From: Vicugna vicugna | Lineage: Eukaryota | Assembly: GCA_013265495.1 (NCBI GenBank) | Contig: MU058294.1 | Span: 62,001-126,000 of the forward strand | Direction: 5' to 3' | Length of the DNA stretch: 64,000 nt | Shown: piece by piece, positions 52,691 through 64,000 of the stretch | Position numbering within the stretch: position 1 is the first letter of the stretch | Layout: every line of letters starts with the position of its first letter | Made by a program: the position numbers and the translations under genes | Notes under the pieces: model-generated | What the model saw: only the letters and a program-made list of their open reading frames with translations | Databases searched by the model: none | Told to the model about the DNA's origin: nothing

Positions 52691-54296
52691 TTTGCAAAAT
52701 AAGAGCCATAGGTCAAAAATACCTGAGATGTGACAATTAGGAATGGCCTTCTTAAAAACAAACCTGTGATATATCCAACAAGGTGAAAATTCAGGTCTCC
52801 AAATACCAAAAGACAGCATTAACCAACAGGCCACATTTTACAAAATTTATTGTGCCATGTATTGGAACTTACAGCCACTTCTAGGCACATATGATCATCA
52901 CAGCAGCAGAATTTTTGAAAAATATTAATAAGCAGCATCTTTAAACAGGAAATGAAATTATAATAGCTTTTTTTTAAAAGAAACTAAACCTATTAACAAA
53001 ATAAAATGTCAGAAAATTTATTTCACAGTCTGGAAATAAAAGCTTTCCTTTCAGGTTTCCTTTATCCATGCTTATTTTATCCTGATACTCAAATGCAAAA
53101 TACTTAAAAGTTACTCCAAATGTCTCAGATTCCAAACTGCATTGCAATCATTAATTAGTTATTCCACACAACGTTCCCTGGAGGAAAATAATGATAATTA
53201 TCCATTACTATGGAAAGCAGTAGCAGGCTTCTAAAGACCAGCTCGCCTAAGTGATACCTGAAGAATGTGGCTTTTCTCTAAACCTTTCCAGACCTCACCT
53301 TTCACCATTAAATCCTAAGAAGTCTGCCTTTCCTGGTTAAGCCATCTGTTCACTTGGAAAGATATCTTTTATCTTGAAGACACTAAAATTAATGTGTTAA
53401 ACTAATCATTTGCTAATATTGTAACTAGATCACTATTTACTTAGTCCCAAGCCCTAATAGATATATAAGAAAGCTCCAACTTGTTTGACTTGCAGGAAAT
53501 GTCATCATTATTTCTCCAGAAGAAATAATTATAAATTTATAATTGTGTCACATTTTTGGATGCGCTAGTATTACATTAAAGACAGCCATAAAACACACCA
53601 TTCTAATAACATGCTATGATCAATTAACATACTCTGACCTAGAACAAAGTATGGTGACCGCCCTACCTCTCTGTTTTGCTACTGCTGGCCTCGCTGCTCC
53701 TGTCATTTACCATCTCCTTTTTTATTATTAGCTCCAAAGGGGAAAGGGCTATGGCAGTCATAATGGTTAAAAGCCCAGATCATCTTACAAACAAAACAGA
53801 ATGCTTTTCTGAGCAAATCTGCATTATTCAAAAAGATAACTGACTCTGCCATGTTAATTGACTCTAATTTATTCCATGGAAATTACTTCATTTTCTGTGC
53901 TAAGCTATTCATAATCCAAGCATATCACATACTGATTTGCTGAGACTATGAAACTAGTCTATCAGAATTAATTAGCAAATTAAGAGACTTTGCACTAAAA
54001 ATTTCTCAGCAGAGGAAAACGAAATTGCATAGTGTGACAGATGTAAAAAGAAAATATAGAATGTTGCAAAGAAAAATAAAACAAGTTGAATGTTTTCCTA
54101 TTCAGTTGACAACAGATAGAGTAGATTTAGTTATACAGAAAGCATATCGGTTTGAAGGGGGTCAGGAGGATTAGAAAGTTAGTGTTTTATGTACATGTGG
54201 TCACCTGGCCTCTGAAAGAAACTATTTGGCTGAGGAAACTGAAAAGACAGGTGAACAGGAATAGACCTGAATCAAAATGGGCAGCTAGAGTCTAAG

Positions 54297-54456
54297 GAGT
54301 TGTTCTGAACCTTGGCTGCACGATGGAATCCTGTGGGACCTTTAAAAATTACTGATGTCTCAGAGATTTTAATTTATCTGGAGTGTGGCCTGATCATCAG
54401 GATTTTTAAAAGCTTCTTAGGTGGTTTCAATGTGCAGCAAACTTTGAGAAGGACTG
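54297..54456. mobile_element. MER5A-like hAT MITE
   Basis: ttctgaaccttggctgcacgatggaatc..aatgtgcagcaaactttgagaaggactg with inverted ends. Confidence 0.8.
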
Positions 54457-55279
54457 ATGCAAATGTTAGTCATGGTCAGGCGGGACAGAGTTCAGGACAG
54501 GAGGCTGTCATCATGGGTAAAGTCTAAGGGGAAATACTGGTTTTGGCAACACAGTAGAAGAGGTTTTCACCCCCATGTGGTATAGCACAACTAAAATGCT
54601 AGATAAAATATTTTAAAACATTTTTTTTCTGACGCATTTTCCAGCTGACAAGAAATTAAGATAACTTCTCAAAGGTCAAAATGAAAAGAAAGCACAAGTC
54701 CTCAGAAGTCAGTAGCATGGGAACTGGCAGCTGCTTTGAAGTCTATGACAATCCTTGCTAACCTGGACCCTGAGTTTTAATCAGCTACATGCGGAGAACA
54801 GACGACCAAGCCAAAGTCCCTTTAGAGTGAAACAGCAGATTAGAGATGCTCCCTTAAACCTGATGCCTTTGAAGGGTGACATCCTCAGAATGTGAAAGGC
54901 GGGATGAGTGGACAAAAACAAAGACAAAAAACAAAAACAAAAAACCTGTCCTACTGAAAGAATAATACAAGTCATTCTTAGCCTTAACTCTGGATTCTTT
55001 TGAAGAAAGGGAAGAAGTCTGTCCTATGTAGGAATTCATATCAACCGTGTGGCCTACAAAGTCTCAGGCCAAAAATTTAGTTGAAGCTGTCCTAAGACCG
55101 TGGTGACCATACTAGCAGAAGCAGGCACAATTCCTCTCTGAAAGAACACGTTTTGACCCAGACCTAAAAGAATGTGCAGATGATGCTCTGAGAAACAGAG
55201 CCTTGTAGTACGTGGGAAAAATAGGCCTCTCTGAAAGAGAGTCATAAGGGAAAAAAAGGAAAAGAATGAAATCAAAAAC

Positions 55280-57650
55280 TATAATTATCCGGTATTGAGG
55301 GAAAAACAAAGTAAATTCCTTGACCTAATAAAATATATCTTCCAAACAAACAAAAATCTATCACGAATATCATACATAGTTAAATCATTTTTTAAAAAGC
55401 AGGGAAAATACAAGGATTCTATTCTCATAACTTCTCTTCAACATTTTACTGGAGGCTGGAGTCAATGGAATAAAATAAGATAGATAAAAAGCATGAGGAG
55501 TGGAAAAGAAGAAAGGAAACTGTCATTGTACATAGACAATAAACCTCAAAGAAAAATATTATAGTTATTAATAGAGTTTAGCCAGGTAGATGTAAATAAG
55601 GTTGTAAATAAGATGTAAATTTCCTGAAATTTTACACAATTTTTAGAGAGATACCATTTACCACAGTAACACAAAATTAAGGTAGGTAGGGATAAATCTA
55701 AAAAGTGATGTGCAAGGCCTTAGAGAATATTATAAATGTTAGTTTAAGACATTAAAAATGACCCAAATTAAAAGAGATATACTGTGCTCAAAAACAGGAA
55801 TACAATATTCTAATCTCAGTTCTCCCAAAGTGGATATTATACAGTTCAATCAAATACTAAGTGGAGTTTTTGTAGAACTTGACAAGTTGATTTTTAAGAT
55901 TTACACAGAAGAGGGAAAGCCAAGAAAGGCCAAAGCACATCTAAAGGAGAATCAGAGGGAAGAATCAGGGCTTTCCTTGCCAGATATCAAACCTTATAAT
56001 AAGGCTACAGGAATTGGGAAGTTGGATATGAGCACAGGGACAGACAACTAAAACAATTTTTTAAAAAACACAGAGCCTAGAAACAGACTCACACATACAT
56101 GGAAACATTATATAACAGAGCAGGCACTGGACATCAGTGGAAAAAGAAAGCCAAAAATTTTTCTGAGACAGTTAGCCATATCAAGGGTTGGCAACTGCAG
56201 TCCACAGGCCAAATCCAACAAGTCTCTTGTTTTTACAAATAAAGTTTTATGGGGACACAACCATGCTCATCCATTTACAGCTTGTCTTTGGCTGCTTTTG
56301 TGGTACAATGGCAAAATTAAGTATATTACAACAGGGACCATACAACCTGAGAAGCCTAAAATAGTCACTATCCTATCCTTTACAGGAAGTTTGCTGACCC
56401 TTGATTGATACTTTTAAAAAATTAGAATGAATTCCTACCTTCTGCCATAACATAAATCAAGTCCAAATACATAGAGAATATAAATGGGAATGGCAAAAAC
56501 TTTAAGGCCCATGGAAAAAATTACATACAAATATTTCTATGATTGGGGGTAAGGAAGGGTTTGTTTTAAAAGATGTAAAAAACAAAAATCATAAAGAATG
56601 TTTTTTAAAATAATAAATTAAAATTCAGTTCCTCAAAAACACTATAAACACAACCCACAACTTGAAGTAAGATATTTAATCACATTAAGCCACAAAAGAA
56701 TTAAGACACACAACATCTAATCAAATCCTGCAAATCAGTAATATGAGCAACCTAAAAGACAAATAGAAAAAGGAAACCAAGACAGTCATCACACCATGCG
56801 GTAGAAACAGGAATGATCAATTAACATAAGAACAAACAGTATATCTCATTAGTAGGCAGAGAAATGAAAATTGAAACCATAATGAAATGCCATTTCACTT
56901 CCTCTATATAAACCAAAATTAAAGAATTAGACAATATCAAGGGCTGTGGATGTGGCAGAACACTGGAACTCGCAGGCAGTGCTGATGGGAATACAAACCG
57001 GTACATCCACTTGAAGAAACAATCTGCACTACAGATGAAGTAGAGCATGCATTTAGTCTATGGCCCAGCAACTCCATTCCTTAGGGGAATTCTTGCACAC
57101 ATACACCAAAGACATGGCTAAGAATACTTATTGAAGCACTGTTCTGATAGAAGAAAGAAAGAAAAAACTGAACAACATAAATGTTCACTGACCACAGAAC
57201 TGATAAATAAATTACGGTATATTCACACAGTAGCACAGTACACAAAACTGAAATTGAATAAATGAATAGAGCTGCACACATCCAATTAGAATGAATATCA
57301 AAACTTTACATGATGTAAAGTAAATATAAATTGCATTTATAAAGTATTTTTCAAAAATAAAAACTAAAAATGTTATTCTTTAGAGATACATATATATACA
57401 GTAAACCTATAATGAAACAGCAAAGAAAGGATATGTAAAAGATTTTTTAAACTCTCTAAAAAGAGTTCTTTCATTGGTAGGTAGTAGCAGGAAGATGCGT
57501 TTTGGGAGATAACCAAAGGAGGCATCAAACATTTAGAAACGGAATGGGATTTACATGGGCCTTGTTATTATTATTACTATTACTAGTATTATTAACCCCA
57601 CTGATATACTATATACAGTCACTTATATGCAGGACATATTTCATAATAAA
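55280..57650 (+). mobile_element. Old L1ME-type ORF2 and 3' remnant with MER58A insertion (56182-56403)
   Basis: ORF 55758..56051 FVELDKLIFK..LSLPDIKPYNKAT; caagggttggcaac..caggccaaatcc..gtttgctgacccttg. Confidence 0.8.
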
Positions 57651-58559
57651 AAAGGAAGAAAGGTAGGAAGGGAGCGAGGAAGGGGAGGAGGCCAGCTAGT
57701 CTAGCAGCCATATTTAAAGACCAAGAGGTTCAATCGACACTGATTATACTGAAGCATTTTTATTTTTAAGAAAGAAAACTTAAGATACAGGAATTATTAT
57801 AGTGCTTATAATACAGTTAAGTTCTGTATTAATTTTTGAATGCATCAATAAAAGAATACATTGAATGAGCAAATGCATGCACACACAATTTACATAGAGG
57901 TGATTTAATACCCTGAATGAGAAGTTTCTTACACCTAGTGTAAAAACCTACTTGAATTCTTTTATCTTAAATGTCTTAGACCTCTCTAGGTGGTCTAGGC
58001 ACCAGGTGAAATTCTCTTGTAGTTAAAAGTACCTCATAGAAATCATTTCCAAGAGAATACATTATTTTTATTTCTTAATAGTATGTAGCCTTGGAATCAA
58101 CTGGTGAAACCACATTTTATTCCTGTTTTGTAGAAGAAAGGCATTCACATGCCAAAGAGTCAGAAGGGGTATAGGATGAGCAACAGAGAGGAGAATTTTT
58201 CATCCTCTTCATTTTTCCTAACCCTCTTGGACAGGCGATGATGCTTGGTTCAAGGACAAGAAACCAGTATAACAAGCCTAATTGTGTAAGTAGAAACATT
58301 CATTATGTAAGTAGACATGAATATGGACTTATATAACTTGCAAACTTAGCCAAAAATTAAGGGTCTTTCAAAATCACTAGATACAAATTAATGACATAAT
58401 AAGAATACAAAGTGATTTATATTTAATAAGCAGAATAAACAAAATAAGAATATATAAAGAGGTATCAAAAATGTTTTCAAACGTTGAGAAATTATTTTGG
58501 AAAAACTAGAAAAGGGAAAAAAGACAGCAGATGTAGTTTACTTACTCTGTTGATAAGAA

Positions 58560-58960
58560 GATAGAGCAGAATCATTTCCTCCCTTATTTCTAAATTGAAA
58601 ATCAGCCTTTTATGGCAGCCACATACTACCATTGGCTCACATAGAACTCAATATTAACCAAAATTTCTAAGACTTTCTCACACTTATTAAGAGGTATAGT
58701 AAGCCATCTATTCACCAACCTGTACCTGAGACACTGTTTTTTGTTTAGGGAAAAGAGTAATGCATGGCTTTATATTTATCCCCGTCAAAAATTATCTTGC
58801 TAATTTCAGCTGATTGTTTTTATTGTTAGAATATTTTTGGATCTCAATTCTGTAACTGCAATACATTCACTAATGCTATTAGCTTTGTCTCATCTGCAGA
58901 TTTGCTGAGCGTATCTCTATGTTTAACTAGGACATGAAATAGGACAACCAAGGATGACAA
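58560..58960 (-). mobile_element. L3/CR1 LINE fossil
   Basis: agctttgtctcatctgcagatttgctgagc is a decayed reverse copy of the CR1 RT motif LIKFADDTKL. Confidence 0.6.
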
Positions 58961-59339
58961 TTAAAGCACACTACTTTTAAAGATCAGATTCGTCATGTGG
59001 AATGCATAAAGTATACTGAACTTCAATAGATTATTGGATGTCACTTCTAAATAAAAACACATCTTCTTTTTCTAAATATCTTCATATTTTCAGGTTACGA
59101 CAGTAATTAAAGAAGGTGTTTAATATTTATTTTGCTGCTAAAAATAGGGTTAAAAAAACTAAAGTATTCATTAATTGCTTGGTAAAGGTTACTGAGTAAT
59201 GAATGCGAATGGTAACCACAGGCTTACTGTGGCTATGGAAGGCCTTTAGTCACAGCACTACCTAGTAACACACCTACAAGCACACTTTGATCTTGGACAA
59301 TGCTGAAAATAGAAACTCATTCTGAAAAGACAAGGCATA

Positions 59340-60440
59340 TGCAGTAGTCAGGATGCTAAGATGGCCCCTAAGATTCCCATTCCCTTTTGCACACATTCTT
59401 TATAATCCCCTGCCCCTTGAGTATCAACAGGTCTCTGAATATGTCAGATTTTATTCCCATGATTAAGTTACTTTACAGGACTAAGATGAAGGACTTTTGT
59501 GTATGTTGATTTTGAGTGAGTCAAAAGGGAGATTATCTTGGATGGGTCTGACTCAATCAGTCAAGAGTTATTCAAAAGAGACTGAGACTTGAAGTAAAAG
59601 GGATTCTCCTGCTGGCTTTGGAGAAGTAAGCCTTTATGCTATGAGAGAACTATGTGGCTAGGACCTGAGACAATTCCTCCAAGAGCTGAGAGTGACCTCT
59701 GACTGACAGCTAGCATGAAAACAGCAACAACTACTGAGGCGGGAAGCCCCATTAAAAAGACCAGCAGGACCCCCAAGCAGGGCCACAAATCTCCTGCCAG
59801 CACCATCCGGTTCCCTGGCCCAAAGGCTCTATCTCACTTTTTGCCTCTGAAACAGCTTACTTACACCTAAAATTCTATTGGTCCCCTGAGCTCACTCCTG
59901 ATTGGTTATTTCCCTCCTGATTGGTCCGTTTCTACAAAGCTTGTTCTTAATTAGTCAACTTTCCTTATACTTCCTTTAAATATGATGTTGCAAAGTGTAA
60001 ACTGGCAGCCTATAAAAGCCGGTGTAAACCTACAAATGGGGTCCAGAGCTTGGAGTGTTAACTCCTCTGGGCCCACTGGTGTAATAAACCTGAGTTCTCC
60101 AACTCTCTGAGTGCTGCTTGGTCTCTTGCCCGGATCCAGGTTGCTGTCACAACTGAGCTGCAACACCAAAATAACACTGAGATGTAACACGTTTTTCCAC
60201 AACACTACAACCACAGGGAAGTAAATTCTATTAATGGCTTGAATGAGCTTGGAAGACCTCGCATTCCTGATAAGAACACAGCCCCAGCTAACACCTTAAC
60301 ACCTGCTGAGACCCTCGGCAGAGAGCCCACTTAGGCTGTTTCTAGACTTTTAACCAACACAATCTGTGAGATAGCAAATTTGTGTTCTTTTGAACTCAAC
60401 TTTGTGGTAATGTGTTATGCAGCAATACAAAATTTATACA
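59340..60440 (+). mobile_element. MaLR LTR (MLT1D/E-like) split by a younger LTR
   Basis: ggatgctaagatggcccc..tctcctgctggctttggagaag..[insert]..ctacaaccacaggg..tgaatgagcttggaag..tgttatgcagcaata. Confidence 0.82.
59735..60204 (+). mobile_element. Young solo LTR, ERV1 (gamma-like) class
   Basis: TG...CA ends; 4-bp TSD CTAC (59731-59734, 60205-60208); three ATTGG boxes, TATAAAA at 60011 and AATAAA at 60083. Confidence 0.9.
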
Positions 60441-63400
60441 GCATATAGGAAACAAGACAGTCATTCTGGTCCTGTCATCCAACAAAGTTATCTGATGCAC
60501 AAAGCCGAACTGAGACATATTGAAAGCTATAAGGGATCCTGAGAGAAAAACTAAACTCAACTATCATTACTAAAATTATGTACTGGGAGCAGTATTGTGT
60601 TAGTTTTGCTCTCAGTAAAAGAGCTATTTGCAGATGGAGACAGACAGAGAGACAGACACAGAGAGAAGACAGAGAAAGCCTGGGGGGTGGGGAGAATGAA
60701 TATGAATAATTTACATAACTGGAGAGGCTGATGAAAACAGCGTCCAGGAATAGCAGGGAGTCCAGACCCATACAACATTTAACGTCATTATAACCTACAG
60801 CAAGAATTTCCAGGAAGTAACAGACTCAGCAGGACTATATCTAAGACTTTCTATATTGATTTCAAGGACTGAGTATTAAAGTAGTTGAACATCCAAATTA
60901 GCTCTCTTGAAAAAGTAGATTTAGAATTTACCTGGTAGTTGGATATTTTTAAAAAAGGAGAAAGTTAATTTGCAAACAGCTTTAGAAATAATCAGTAATC
61001 AAACACATTACACCAATATGCTTTCAAATACATTTTTAGCCTCCAAATAATCACACACTCAACTTTTCTGTAACAAAAATACCAAGGAATTCTGAAACTG
61101 GATCTTCAGAATGTGTTTCCCTTCCCATTACCCTTCTTGACATTCTTTGTTTTCTTGTACATAATGTAACATGATGATATTAGTGCAGTCAGAGTAGTCG
61201 AAGTAGAAGAATTTATTTTTTCACTTCTGAATTATTTATTATTTTATATTTTAGTGACCTCCTATAAACTCATTCCTTTATGAGCCTTTCAGAACTTTCT
61301 GATTCAGTGACTATGCTAAAATATTTGAAGAAAACTTTAACCATTTTTAAAAGTAAGCAAATAAGAATTCTTCAATAATAATACAATTTTAAAACTAAAG
61401 AAGTTATTTTTTTGTCTTGTGATAAGAGGCTTTGCTCTTCAGGATTTGCTACATCATACACAGTGTTTTTATAAATACATTTTTAGACTTCATATAGGCT
61501 CATATGGTTTTGTAAATCAATTTGTTGTGTTTTACCACGAAGAAAAACACTTTTACCAAGGCATCTTTGTGAGAAATGAAATAATTAACAAGTATAGGCA
61601 GTCTTGGTTTTCTTAAATAGTATTTTACAAATACTACAAAGATCCAGAAAAAGCCCAAAGTACAAGTGGTAGCATAAACCTTAAAAAAAAAAAAGTTCCT
61701 TAGTTCTTAGCCACAGTATTTTTTAATGATCTAAAAGTGAATGGCACATAATAGTCAAAGCTCTTGGATTCATACACATATTATCCTTCCATTGTAAAAA
61801 CAAGCTAAATGCTAATTAGTTAGACTTGGGACAACTCTTTGGAATTATCAAGAATAGAACCTTTTTTATGGTTTCTACAATTTTATCACTCTGATATATT
61901 GGTTTTATATTTACTACATTGACCAAGAGCAGTGGACAATATCTAGTTCACTGATTTTAAATTTTCTTCCAAAAGGAAAACTTTTTGTAGGTAGTTATCC
62001 CATAAACAAATGAGAACCACTTTATACATCATTAACGGCAGAACAGGCCAGAAACTATCCATATATACACAAATACACACAAAAAAATGGTTTCATCATG
62101 GCTTATATGCTTACAGAGCATCATTCATCGGAAAAACTTATCAAATATTATCAATATCTTCTCCACAGTAGGCTTGTGAAAATTAACATACTTTCTATAA
62201 TTATATTCTTTCTTTGTCAAAGAAGATTCTGAGTGGCATTACCCATAATTATCAAATTTCTTCCAATCTCCTTAAAGTTGAAGGTAGAATCACAGATTTA
62301 GAACATCCTTTATTCAAGCTTTCCGTGAATATAAGGATGATTTTTCATAGTTCTTTTAAGATCTTAGTGATATCTCCAATAAGTAGTCTGCTCAAAGACA
62401 GACCCCCTCTCCCATTATTCTAATGAAGAAATTAAATTTTAAAATCATTATAGATTGTTGAACAAATTATTTTGTACAAGACTAAGTTCAAGGTTCAAAG
62501 ATATTAAGGTAATAACTTGATACTATAGTTGATGCAACAACCATTTTTAAATCAATAAATAATAGGTTGTCATGTGAATGGAAAGTCACAGTCCAAATGA
62601 CCTTTCCAGGAAGAAAAGAATGGCTCCAGTTAGTGCTAGAATGGTGGAAAAATCAAATCAGATCTTCTGCCATCGTCTTTGTTATATATTCCCCTAAATT
62701 TTCAAGTTGGCTAAAAGGCACCACTGACCATCACCAAAGCATCTCAGGCTTACGAAGAAATGATTTCAGAACAATCAGTTAATTTGAAGACCATTCTTCA
62801 ATACCTATTAACAAACATATAAGTTTCCGCATTAATTGACCAGAATGCCTATTCTGAACATATCAGCACATATTGAAAGCACTATGGAAAGTATACTGTT
62901 TGCTAAACTACCACAGCCAAAATTTCTCATTTATCAATCAGTTGCATAGAACAGTAATAATCTAACTAATAAAAATAATCTTATTTTTTGAAGGAGTCAC
63001 TATTAAGTACTTTATATGCCAGGTCACCTAGTATTCAGAAGTTTCTTTAATCATCATTAATTGCTTATGTGTTATTTGCTCCAAATCTGTTTCCTATCCC
63101 CACTTCCAGTGAAACCAAGCTCCTTAAAGGCAGGTATCATGCTTTTACCATTTTATCCCATAATGCTCAGTTCATGGTCTTTCACTGTTGAATTGAACAG
63201 TGAATATTAAAGCTTTAGTGTTTTTTCAATTTTTCAACAGTCAGAAGTTGAGTGAAGAATTGAAAAATTATTTCTGAAATTAAAACTGAGTTAAATTTTT
63301 AGAAAAATCCATTGTAGCCATTTTTTAAATCACTGTAAATGATATTTTCCCAAGGACAGAGTAAGGTAAAGGTTTTAAATGGAGCTAAAAGGACTCATTC

Positions 63401-64000
63401 ACCATCTTTATTAAAAGACTGATCCTAAAAAAAAAGTATCAATTTAGAGTAGATTCGTCATCAGAGGAAACAGAGCTGTGTAGTAACATGAACCCTGCCT
63501 GCTTCTAATGGGCAAAATTGAAGCAAAACCACAACAAACTTCTACTTTAAAATAAAAGTTCATATTAGCTTTGGTGTATTTTTCAATAATAATAATGCCT
63601 AATTTAATGTCTATATAACTACTGTAAATATTTCACAATATTTATCCATATCTGATATAGTTCTTTGATGTTTTCAAGATTTAGAATTTATTTCACAATC
63701 AACATCATATCTCACTCTTCTCAGTATTATTTAAAAATTATAAAAGTTAGGCATGTTATTTATATTTCAAATGTAATATCCAAAATCTCAGAAGAACAGG
63801 TAGACTAGGTTCAAATTGATTAAACTACACCTCTGCCTACTCTCTAAAAAGTTCCATGACAGGGACTTAGTAAGTAAATGTTTTTAACTTATAGGCTTTT
63901 TAACAAAAGAATTTTGCCACAGTCTTGGAGATTGTCAAAGCTGTCACAAACCAAGGTTGAGAATCACAGTCTTACACCCCCCCACCCCCCCACACACATT

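Overview
Mammalian genomic DNA, most likely a camelid, judging from three tRNA-derived vic-1-type SINEs. It lies in a KRAB zinc-finger cluster resembling the human 19q13.12 ZNF567/ZNF461 neighbourhood. The only clearly intact host gene is ZNF567 on the minus strand: 4 coding exons of 9+127+87+1721 nt give 647 aa with KRAB-A/B and 14 C2H2 fingers. Two CpG-rich promoters (about 18.0-18.8 kb and 32.1-33.0 kb) each appear bidirectional, and three further KRAB gene units can be read, all dead. Two are heavily decayed fossils that converge tail-to-tail (+ strand 19.7-20.6 kb, - strand 25.3-25.8 kb) with no zinc-finger exon between them. The third is a recently inactivated ZNF461 (+ strand 34.4-41.7 kb) with a frameshift in KRAB-A, a stop in KRAB-B and no finger exon in the remaining 22 kb. 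An intact-ORF, CpG-rich RPLP1 retrocopy lies in sense orientation in a ZNF461 intron. The rest is L1, L2, L3, MIR, MLT1, an ERV-L/MLT2 remnant, DNA transposon fossils and a young solo LTR. Gene and repeat names come from recognition by eye, not database searches, and repeat boundaries are approximate.
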